From NCBI GenBank assembly GCA_028534125.1, contig CM052817.1, positions 22,508,001 through 22,572,000 on the forward strand: a stretch of DNA of 64,000 bases, in the 5' to 3' direction. Position numbers and translations under genes: made by a program. This stretch comes from Lama glama. Lineage: Eukaryota. Positions 37,057 to 47,880 of the stretch are shown piece after piece. Numbering within the stretch: the stretch's first letter is position 1; each line of letters starts with the position of its first letter. The notes below the pieces were generated by a model. The model made no database searches. It was not told the DNA's origin and worked only from the letters and a program-made list of their open reading frames with translations.

Positions 37057-37659
37057 TGCTGTTGATATTTCTGTAATTTCTTCGCTTACTCTTGTACTGT
37101 TGATCTTGGAGGAAATTCATTTATCCCCTAAATTTGCACTAATAGATTCATTTCACTGTTTATTTCATAATTTCCTACAAAGGAGTGTCTTTGACTAGGA
37201 AATCCTCAAAAGAGCAAAGTGTTGTTTGTTGGACAGTGGCACAAGGCAGCAGATTGAGATGACACTGGCAACATTATACTTATGTCAGTTTCAGCTAAGA
37301 CAAATAAAAAGAATCCTTAAAACTACTGTGCACAATTTCACTCAGATTTAAGCACCTCTAGTTCATCAAGATAAAAGGGTCAACTGTTTATACTCTCTTT
37401 TTCCAAACCCTGTCTAAAATAGGCTGTTATATATTTACAATTCATATTTCTACCGGAATGGTCCCTGTCTTTTTTTCTGGTCCTGTCTCTTTTCTACCTT
37501 CTTTCAGTGACTGCACCATTTTTAAGGGGAGGTATCTAATCCACATATTTGAAATGGGATTGAAACTACCTCGGTCCATACTGGTGGCCATGCAACATTT
37601 CTAGAAACTTAAAATTATCCCAAACATAAAATTTACTGGAAAATAAGTACTCAGGAAAA

Positions 37660-38700
37660 ATAATATCTATGAAAGAAACACAAAGGAGAAGCAAAAATAT
37701 ATAAAACCAATTTCCTTGGAGAAGAGAATATAAAAGAATAGGGAAAAGAGGAAGAGAAAATTTAAGAATTGACAGGAGTAAGAGAAACTTGAATCTACAG
37801 ATTTAAAGAGCACACAATGTTCCATGAAATTTGACACAAAATGATAAAATATATGTCAAGTAGGTATCTCCGTAAAGATAATAAATCTTAAAGACAAGGG
37901 AAGAATCCCCATCAGTTATCTAGATGGAAATATCAAGTCATTTTCAAAGGAAAAAAAAAATCAGTCTGTCTTCCTCCATCTCCTTCACAACATAACTTTT
38001 TCATGAAAATCAAGAATGTCTGCAAAACTCTATGTCCAGGCAGGATGACACTCAAGTCAGTTTTGAACATGGAAGCCGTTTTTAATAGAACACGGAAGCC
38101 ATTTTTAATAGAACACGGAAGCCATTTTTAATATACAAAATCTATTCAAATTATATGATATATATAAAAAGCTTTCTTGAAGGCACTATCAGATGAGCTT
38201 TTGCTAACTAGGAAATTAAGGGAGAAATTTGTTAAAAGAACTATTATTGAGCAATAAATCCATTTATTTGTATGGATTAAACTAAAACAAATGTGAGCAT
38301 TATAAATATGCAAAAGAATGTAGTGTTATAAAATATGATTGTGTAGAAATAGTATGTTCTTTAGAAATTTGAAGAGATGGGGAAAAGTGGAAGTGATGAT
38401 GGTTTTCTCTTTCATGGAAACAGTGTCAAAAATATCTAAAGACAATACATTAAATAAGAGAAGTACAGAGTTATAAATGTGATCTGTAGTAACATAACAG
38501 AACCATGGAAAATGTGGGGAGAAAAAGTAGGGAAGGGTGAAAACCAATTTCCTCTCTGTTCAGTGAGAAGTCAGTAGACATTGAAGAAATAAACAATTAA
38601 GAATATTGTATAAAAACCTGGTTGTGAAGGTGCCCACTAGAACAAAAATACAATGATTTCCTAAAAGAATATACTACATAAAAACAATGCAAACACTACC
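37660..38700 (+). mobile_element. HAL1 / L1 ORF1-like relic
   Basis: 'ttgaatctacagatttaaagagcacacaatgttcca...cttaaagacaagggaagaatcc...tcaagtcattttcaaaggaaaaaaaaaatcagtctg' gives ORF1p-like LNLQI..AH, KDKGRI and QVIFKGKKISL motifs; right boundary approximate. Confidence 0.65.
38065..38133 (+). repeat. tandem repeat, 3 x 23 bp
   Basis: gaacatggaagccgtttttaata / gaacacggaagccatttttaata / gaacacggaagccatttttaata; units 2 and 3 identical, no spacers. Confidence 0.95.
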
Positions 38701-39744
38701 TAGGTTAAAAAAATTCAAACCAGTGTATATATTATGCTACTATTCATGTAAGATAAATATACATGAAGATGATTATCTATGCACAGATTAAAAGACCACA
38801 CAAAGACTAAGTAAGGATGATTGCTGCTGAGAATAGCTGATCAGATAGGAAAAAAAGTGGAGAGAGACAAAGTTTTCATTTCATTTCATCCTGAATTTTT
38901 TAAAAATTTTATGATAAATGTATACTGCCTACTAGCACTTAATAAGTCTATGGCAGAAATCAACAAATTAGCAAAGAAGTTTTATGTGGAATGAGTGTGC
39001 ATTTCGGGAAATACCTGATATACTTTGTCTTGGTTCACACTGTATTCCACAAACAGCTCTGGATCCCTGTCCATATATGGCTGATGTCAAATGTGGAAAC
39101 TGTATGATTACTGACTGAACAAAATCTCAAAGTGCCTAGGATGTTGAATATTTATCAATATTTTTATCTACTGAAAACTTTCTTTTTTGGGGGCCACATT
39201 AAAAATTATTCCATTCTCAACTGATCTGTGCCCTGGAGTCTTTAAGTTGAGAAAAAGAAGACAAAAGATACAATAAGAGAGAAGCAGGAAGTGGGGAGAT
39301 CAGGTGAGACTTCCAGAGAGAAAATGATTGACGGCAATAGAGAGGGCAGAGAGGAGATGCACCCTGGCCGGAGGCGACAGTCCAGATTAATGAAAGGCAT
39401 CCACGCCTGAAGCTGCTATCTCTCACTTTCAACTGTTCTGCTGCTCTCCTAAGGGAAGCTGGTTGACAAACACAGTTATAAGTGATAAATGACATCTGTG
39501 AGCATTTGAAAAAAAAATACTTAAATGTGGAGGATATACTAAAGTAATTTTTTTTAAATCAGTATTATATTGAAAGACAGACAAGTGGCTCAATGTTTAC
39601 TTTGAAGAACTAGGCAGCCGTGCTTTAAATCCTTGAACTACACCCCCACAAAATACTAACGATGTAAAGCCCTTAAATTTTTGCATGGATATGACCATCT
39701 CTATAAGACATTGTGTACAAAAGCCTGTCAATTTTGTATATGGT

Positions 39745-39970
39745 AATGTGGTCCAGTAGAAAGATCACTGGACTTATTGTTGTATTATTTAATTATTTTA
39801 TTTTGGTGGGGTGGTGGGAATTAGATTTATTTTTAGAGGAGGCACTGGGGATTGAACACAGGACCTCTTCCATGCTAAGCACATACTCTACCATTTCAGC
39901 TATACCCTCCCCTCTAGATCATTGGACTTAAAGTCAAGGATACTGCATCTTAGTTCCTGGATTTGCCCTA
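39745..39970 (+). mobile_element. MIR 5' fragment interrupted by a SINE
   Basis: 'gtggtccagtagaaagatcactggactta' [SINE] 'aagtcaaggatactgcatcttagttcctggatttgcc' rejoins to the MIR head. Confidence 0.6.
39777..39915 (-). mobile_element. camelid tRNA(Ala)-derived SINE (vic-1 type)
   Basis: Minus strand reads ggggagggtatagctgaaatggtagagtatgtgcttagcatggaagaggtcctgtgttcaatccccagtgcctcc plus an A-rich tail; TSD agatcactggactta (39762-39776) / agatcattggactta (39916-39930), 14/15 identical. Confidence 0.92.
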
Positions 39971-42349
39971 TTTGGTGTAATTGAGATTAGATTTGGGTTC
40001 TAAGTTCTGCCCCCATCATCCACTATCCAATGTTTATCCCAGTCAGAAAGAAGACATTCTATGTATTTAAGCTAGAAATTATTGAGTTCCCAGAATCAGG
40101 TGTTTGTACAACCACTAGAAAGGCTGTGGTACTGTAAATTAGAGAAACTTATGCTAGCCAATTCTGTTATAGATTAAATGATGAGAGGACAATTAAATCA
40201 TGAGAGGAAAATTAACAGTAAATGCCAAAAATCAGTTGATAAATCAAGAGCCCAGCTAGCTGCCTTTAAATTCTTCATTTTTGAACATGTGGGATGCTAC
40301 AAGACGAGCCTTGTAAAAGTTAGTGTTCATACTCCCGGCTCAGAGGATTTCTCTAGGCTCCTTTTTCTAATTGTCTGCAGTTCTTGATATTTAGAAGCAT
40401 TAGTTACACAGTAGCTTTCAGCCGCCTCTTACATGGATTATTTGTTTGACTCAGACAAACCCTTTAAATGGGCTGATTTTGGTTTCAATATCTCCCTGAT
40501 GCCTTATCTCAGATCCAATACATAGGACATGCCCTGAAGCACAGGGTGTGAGTGTCCTTATCCCAGTATCCCAGTATGCTTCTTTGCTAAGGGGAGACAA
40601 GACCATAAAGCCATTTCAAGAAGAATAAGATGGTACTTTGCCTTTTGATAAAGTTTATTGATTTTATGTCAATTTATGAAAGAAATACTATTTGAAGAGA
40701 TAAAAATTACCTTATATATTCTCTGCATTTACTAAAACATGATACAGTGATTCGTATAAATAAAGTAATAGAAAAAAGTATTAAAATAGTAAATTTGTGA
40801 CACTGGGTTATACATGAATGTGACTAATTGAATTTAAATTATCATCTAAAAATGGACATTAATTTATACTAATATCCTTCTAAATGTCTATGAGTTATAC
40901 ATAATACCTAGATTAATCTGCTGATGATTTATCACACTGAAATGTTTCCTCATAGTATAGGAAAGAAATTAATCATCATCAAATTAACATTTCAGTGACC
41001 ATTAGACCAATGAATAGATCATTAGATCAATAACCAGTCCTCACCAAATAGGTATCTAAACATGTATTAAGATCTATCTAACCATATATCTAGCCTGGTA
41101 AAAATCTTTTGATAAATTGAAGCTGTAGCTTGTCCTCAAAGAATTTCTTTGAAAATAAGGTGCTCTGGAATTGGCAGATCAAAGATGTACACAATGCTTG
41201 TAAAGTTGGGAAAGACATTAGAAAAGTGTGGCCCATCTCTCATCTTTACACATATGATGCATGATATTCAGAGGGAATGGAATTACTGACCTAAAATCAT
41301 GAAATTTCTTTGTGATGAGGAATGACATGTTCCCTGAGATCTGATTCATTGCGCTTATACACCCAATTCTAGGTAAAGAAAAGTTAAATTTTACTTGTGA
41401 AATAAATATGGCTAGGCAAAAGAATGTCCTAAACATTAGCTGTTCTTCCATGTTAAATATATAAAAATCCCTGCTTTTGATAGGTTAAGTATGTAATAGG
41501 ATCCTAGTATGCATGATTTGATAGAAATTTGAAAGAAAGTGTGATTTTGTTAGTGAATTGAATTATTGTAAACTATTAAATATTCTATAAAATAATTATA
41601 ACCAGTGACATTCTACATGGATCATATTTTTATTTAGAACAAGTTTGGTTATAGTGTAGGTTAAAACTATTTGTGACTCTTTGGCCTAATATTTGTGATT
41701 GTGATATTCGTTGCATATAGCATTGTAGACATTTCAGAAATATCAACAAAGAAGTGTTTATATCAGTTCATTTACTATCCTGTGTACCTATCACCAAAGA
41801 ATGCTCACCAACTACTTGACTCAAATGTTAGTAGTGGAAATGAAAACCTTACCTTGCCCCAAGAATAAAAATGAACTGGATATTTTGAAGGCTAAGATAT
41901 TTTATTGGCTACTGGTGCAGAATATTTCTCTATGGTGGTAGAAATCAGAAGAGATTGCCACTACAGGTAGAGGATCAGAGGTTAACTGGGAATGAGTATG
42001 GAGGACTGTGTTTATGGTATGCTGTTAAAGGAATCAAAAGATAGAAACTAATTCTAGAGTTCAATCCCATTTCTGCAATAATAATACTAATAGGGATCAT
42101 GCTGGAAAGATACCCCAAAATTACATCATGGTTCTCTCTATCATGGAATTTAGGGTGATTAAAATTTGTATCAAGTATGTATTAATTATTGTTTAATGTT
42201 TCTATTATGATAGTGTGTTATTTGGCACTGTCATAGAGGGGAAAAAGAAGGAAGCTGGATAAATTTCAAGATAGTCAAACTTTCCCTTTATTTTTTGTGA
42301 TATTGAGCAGTTACTTTAAAATATCCACAGGCTTTGACAGAGTATAAAA

Positions 42350-42560
42350 CATGATTAGATTTTCACCAGCAGCTCATGTGGCTGAGAATAACACAAGAGG
42401 CATAATTGACCTTCAGACTAGAACTGAATGCCAGAAGAAATGTTCATCAAAGAAGAAATCCTATAAAGAGAAATTTCCTGGACCAGTAGCCAAAGAAAAT
42501 TTTAGGTATCAAAATACTCTAGTCTGTTCTTATGCGAAGGGCAGAACTAAATCGTATCTT
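42350..42560 (+). mobile_element. possible L3/CR1 relic
   Basis: 'ccagcagctcatgtggctgagaataacac...tagaactgaatgccaga' and 'ctgttcttatgcgaagggcagaacta' resemble CR1/L3 RT-end motifs (recalled); would explain the 74-aa ORF here. Confidence 0.4.
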
Positions 42561-42989
42561 GAAATAAAGCTTTAGCCTTTATTTTCTCTTGTGTAATTAT
42601 ATCTTTATTAGAATTCTCATTGATTTTAAATTAAATATTAAATAGGTGTGAAACACAGCTCTTAGATTTCCATATTATTCTCCTCTGCCCTCAACATATA
42701 TAAAAAGGAGCATATGTATATCCTTCTCTCCCTCTCTTTAGCGAAGATGGAAAGATAAAGAAAGAGAGAGGACAGCTTATGGGAAACATAGATTTTTATT
42801 CTGCCTACTTATCGCCTCTATTAGACATGATTTTGTGTGTGTATGAGCATTCACAACATTTGATTAGATGTTGCCCATGTAAACCTCACACATTGCCATC
42901 ACGGGCAGTAGACATGAGCTAGCGGCAGCCGAAAGATAAATAGAACCACGTGGTGCCTGTGATTTACCTAAAGAGTGAGAGGGGATATT

Positions 42990-44185
42990 AAGAATGGCTG
43001 ACTTTCCACTACCAAGTAAGCTTATAGGTCCAGAGGAAGAAGCTGAACAAAAAGTTACCTGATTGTATTGGTTATGGTTGGCTACATTGGTCAAGTTACT
43101 ACAAGAACTGTCCTATAACAAAGAGGAAGGAATGAAACAATAAAAACAGAGTGAAAGAGTCCAGAAATCCGGAGTCCTTCTTGCAAATTTGGAAGAAGTA
43201 ACTGCTTCTCTTATGAAGTCAGGGAAAAAAAAAAATCGAACTGAGAAGACCTTTGAGCAATAAAGGCCAATTAGACTCACTCTTGTAGCAAGAATCAAGT
43301 CAGGACACAGCTGTCACATTCATTCTCAAAAGCTCTGATTCGATTTAGGTGTCTTAGATCAAAGACTCAGTTCTCTCTACGGGACATAAGGACTCAGAAA
43401 AAGTAGAGTGAAAACACGTTTTTCCAAAGAAACCAAATATATTTAAGATACTAGCTATTAGGAGAGGAGAGTAAGCAGAGTCAAAAAAGCAAAGATTTGT
43501 CACAAATTTAAGAAATAACATATCAAAAATAAACATGGGTGAAGCTACTGGCACATGTTGCTGACTGTACTGAATTGATGAAAAGCCTGTTTTGAAGAGA
43601 TTTCTACCATCAATGAAATCATGGCTTAGACCAGAAAATATTGGTGGCTGATCAAGATCAGAATAGACCAGAAATACTAGAAATCTGACTTTTCAAGATC
43701 CTCAGTCTTCTAAGGGCAGGAAGCAGGCTGAAAAAGCTGTAGATTTTGCTGCTCCTTTTATCTGAGGCTAGGTAGGAAAACAGAGAGGAGAGATTACCCA
43801 GAGGACTGAACCAAGAGGCCCAGAGAACAATGGAGTGAAGATCCCTCACGCTAACTGTCCAGGTAGATTTCAAAATTGATACACAAACCCGCAATTTCTT
43901 CTTCTGAACGAGGATGTTTGCTGAAATTTCCAGTTCCCTGGATACACTGTATAATGTGTCCCTCCAGTTTATAGATGTCTGGATCAAAAAAAAATACATA
44001 GGGCTTTTTGATAAAGGGACTGATACAAGAAGTATCCTGACATAGCCATCAACCAGTAATACAATAAATCTTAGACATTAAGCTTGATGTGAGGAGCAGA
44101 TGGCAATTCAGTGATACCTCTCTCAGGGAGGGATAGTACCTTTTGTGTGCATAGTGAAAGCAGAACCACATGTTTGGTGACCAGA
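42990..44185 (+). mobile_element. MaLR internal sequence (MLT1H/I/J-int-like)
   Basis: 'ttggttatggttggctacattggtcaagttactacaagaa', 'agagtccagaaatcc' and 'ctttgagcaataaaggccaattagactcactcttgtagcaagaatcaa' are collinear with MLT1-int; ends 'tttggtgaccagagg'. Confidence 0.8.
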
Positions 44186-44545
44186 GGTTATTTTGCTCCT
44201 ATAGTAGTCCCAAAGCTGGGAATAAGTGGTATTTATACTTCGAGGCACGCTTGTAGTTGAATGAAACCAACTGACACGTTCTGTTCAATGAGATGTGTGC
44301 AGAAAAGTGTCGGATGTCAATTTCAGAAAACATCATTTAATTACTCGATGAAGACGTTTCAGATCTCCATTTCCTTCTGGCACACTTACAAGCACTTGAC
44401 ATAGTTCTATCAGCTTGAGCTTATAAGTAACTGAATTAAGCAGAGCACACTTCATACCAATTCCTGGTTGCCCCATTATGTTTGAGAACTAAGATTTGTA
44501 GATTTGAATCATTGAGGTGGGTTTTTTTTTAATGCACCATCACTA
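44186..44545 (+). mobile_element. MLT1-type 3' LTR (degenerate)
   Basis: Directly follows the internal region; 'gttctgttcaatgagatgtgtgcagaaa' and 'tttgaatcattgaggtgggttttttttaatgcaccatcacta' resemble MLT1H/J LTR motifs. Confidence 0.55.
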
Positions 44546-44567
44546 TTTCTAGCGATAGGTTTATAAT

Positions 44568-44715
44568 GGCATTACTGCCCCCTTTGCAGACAAAGAGACA
44601 AAGGTTTGAGGAGGTGTATGATTTGCCTAAGATCATTCAGTCATCTAGCTACTATACACAGAATTGCTATTTGAACTCTTGTCTGCTTCTAAAATGCACT
44701 TTATTTTTTGCTTTT
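44568..44715 (-). mobile_element. MIR SINE
   Basis: 'ccccctttgcagacaaagagacaaaggtttgaggaggtgtatgatttgcctaagatcattcag...atttgaactcttgtctgcttctaaa'. Confidence 0.65.
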
Positions 44716-47554
44716 ACCTCACTGCACTTTGAAACATATCTAATCATCCTAAGTACCTTAAATGCAATAATCTGGTTACCATAAGTCTGTTACTTAATCT
44801 GAAGGCTCCTCTGTTCCGGTCACGTTATGAAAACTGCCATCAGCCACAAATGTTTCATCAATGGGCAGACTTTTAATCTAAGTGAGGGAGTCTTACTTTC
44901 TTACTCTTACCCTATTGTTGACCAGAGGTACACTTTGGGGACAATTTTCAGAGCCAAAAGCAATATAGAACTATTTGCAGCCAAACTTTCTTCCTGTTGA
45001 GAAAACCTGACTTCAATGAAATAGATGGAGGACTTTGCGAAGAGAATCCCTGATGTGAGAAACGAAAAGAAAACTCAGTGGCACTCAAGTCCTTATTCCA
45101 GTTCTTTTTGAGACCTCAAGTACAGCCTTTCTCATGATTTGAAATTATCTTTGTTTTTCGTAAATTTGTGAGTTTGCATTTCCCTAAAGTAGTTCCAGTT
45201 TTGATCGTGCCACTAATACCAAAGAGTTACAAAACTGTATCCGTAAAAGCCCGTGGCATTACATTTTCAACCATTTCTATGCTCTCTATGTATTTTTTAT
45301 TTAACTACTAAGTGTTTATCACTTAATCAGTAAATTTTGAATTAAATTTGAATTTAAAATAGAATACTGTGTAGCCACTCAGAGAATCTACTAAGATGTT
45401 TTAAGCTTCAGTTGACCTTTAAATATTTACATGACAAAGAAAAAAAAGAGACTGGACAAATTAACTAAATCATGAATCGGTTCCTATTATGGTCAGATAC
45501 AAAGATAAGATACTTAGAATTTTTTACTAGAATATTTTATTTAAAGTGCACCATCAAATAGGGCTCAAAATCTCATTTTTGGACTGTTTTTATTGAAACA
45601 TAAATCATTTAATTTTACATTTATAAGATTTTCATGGCCAATAGAGTGGAACAGATTAAATGAGAAAAAGAATACTAACTGTATTTATGATTGTATTACA
45701 AGTTGAGGAATTTTTTTTTTTCTTAACAGGCAGGGAAGAAAAGCATCACAAATTCCATGCAGGTTTCAGATAAGACTGTTTGAATAAAAGGATAACTTGT
45801 TCCCAGCTGACTAGAAGTTTATTGTTTGAAAAAAATATTAAATAATCTTAATTTGGCAAATTTAAATTCAATTGATTTCTTTCCTCTCTCACTCTCCTGT
45901 CTGGTGAAATTAAACCATCCAAGAGATACTTTGAACCAAATGAAGAATCTTTATTTAATTTTCCAGAAGGAAAACAGTATTAAGCTTCAGATATAATTGT
46001 ACCTGAGCTGTCCTCCAACTAAGGTTTAGATATTTTCATTTTGAAAGGATGATCGCAAATTTGGAGTGTGTGTGTGCGGTGTGGGAATAAGTCTATGTTA
46101 TGAAATAAAACATTTCATTCCTTTTAGTTTGAAAGTTTAAACTCAGAAAAGAGGTTACTTTGGTCAAGCCAAAATGTATCTTGTATTTGAATAGTAGCAT
46201 CTCTCTGGAGATATATTTATCCATTACTTATTCTTACCTTAGTTTTTATTATTATCTTTCAATTATAAGACTTAGAATATATATGTAACTGCCCTTATCA
46301 TATACATATAAGTATATACATATATATAATCACCCTTATCCTTCACTGACTCTGTTGATTGTGAAATGTCACATTTTTGATTGAATAATTACCACCATAC
46401 AATATAAAAAGCAAAAACATTACATGAAACATGCTTAATAATAAGAGATTACTCTAAGAATGCATATTGTAGAGGGTATATTCTAAAAACAAATTGTAAA
46501 GAACATATTTAAGGAATATATGTTGAAATGGTCAAGTGATAAGATACACTAACAGTGGATAAAGCATGCTAGCACAGAGCATTAATGAATGCAGACTTTG
46601 CATATCCCAGAAACCTACACTGGATGTTCTTTGAGGTCTGTAGGATGGAGAAATTATGTAAAGGCAGTCAAACGCATGCCAGGTCTCAAGGAAGATAAAT
46701 ATGAAAATGTGATTAGAGGATGTAAATTACACAAAGAATCTGAAAAGTCAGTCCAGTTGTACTTTTCTAGCAGATAATCACTGACTAGAGCATTGTGTTC
46801 GCACTTCTCTTAAAGGGACATGTTATTAGCTGTAATGGGCACAGTGTGAGCTTCAACAAATCATTAACTACTTGTGGAACACGTTCTTTTCCCCATCTAT
46901 GAGTCCTGTTATTAAACCATGTCTGTAATGAATCAAGGAGCTAATTATTAGCAGCTGTGTTGCAGTTGTGACACTACTGGTTTTAGAACAAAGAAAGCAA
47001 GGACTTCTCAAGGATCCAGAAATATAACTTTTTATCTGTTCGGGCACTGAACAAGGAAGGACGGTCAGCTTGGGACTGCTTCTGGGAATACTCACCTTGC
47101 TGCTTACATTGTGTGGATTTACAGAATTCTTAGACCACGGTTAGTCATTTAGAACATTTTCTTCCCAATAAAATAGGGAAAATAATGACGAGAGAATTTC
47201 CCATTGTCACAGTTAATTGTGGCAGACTCTGAAACAGAGAGAGCACTTTCCAAATCGGGGTCAGGGGTTTCTGAACTGTATATTGTTATCTTTGATAGCC
47301 CTTAAGATATTGACCCTCCAACCCAACACCCATTCATTCACTATTTATTTAGCTAATATACAATATTTGAGTATCACTGTATGTCTCTCATTTTCCTTTA
47401 TCTTTTTCAAATTACTTCAGAAAATATAGTAAATATATGATTAGAGAAATACATTTTTTTTAATTTATCAAAATCCCTAGAATGTCAGCAAATGCTTCTA
47501 TATTACATACATAGGTATACATATATACATACACATAACATTTAAGCATGAAGA

Positions 47555-47600
47555 GATAATAGATAGATAGAGATAGATAGGGAGATTGAGAGAGAGACAG
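47555..47600 (+). repeat. GATA/GA microsatellite
   Basis: agatagatagagatagatagggagattgagagagagacag. Confidence 0.7.
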
Positions 47601-47647
47601 AATTAGCATTTCCATGGTTGATAATACTCTGTGTATTTTTATGTTTC

Positions 47648-47880
47648 GTTATTCATTCAATATAAATGTCTAGTATGTTCCTACATCCTGATAGGGTAGG
47701 ATCTAGGGATAATTCTGTAATTTTTAATATTATGTTTACCATTTACAATATATAATAAAATGGTTCTTCCTTTAAGATATTCACAATTTATTGATACAAT
47801 ATACCAGACACACACATACACTCATAGAGATACAGTCAAATAAGTGCTAAGTAGAGATATACATCAAGTACTACAATACT
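47648..47880 (-). mobile_element. L2 3' fragment
   Basis: 'ttcattcaatataaatgtctagtatg...tggttcttcctttaagatattcacaatttattg...ataagtgctaagtagagatatac'. Confidence 0.5.

Noticed and set aside
38065..38133. CRISPR-like 23-bp direct repeats
   Set aside because: Head-to-tail units without spacers, no cas genes, and a mammalian context.
42351..42575. 74-aa ATG-initiated ORF
   Set aside because: No recognisable domain or splice context; overlaps a probable L3/CR1 relic.
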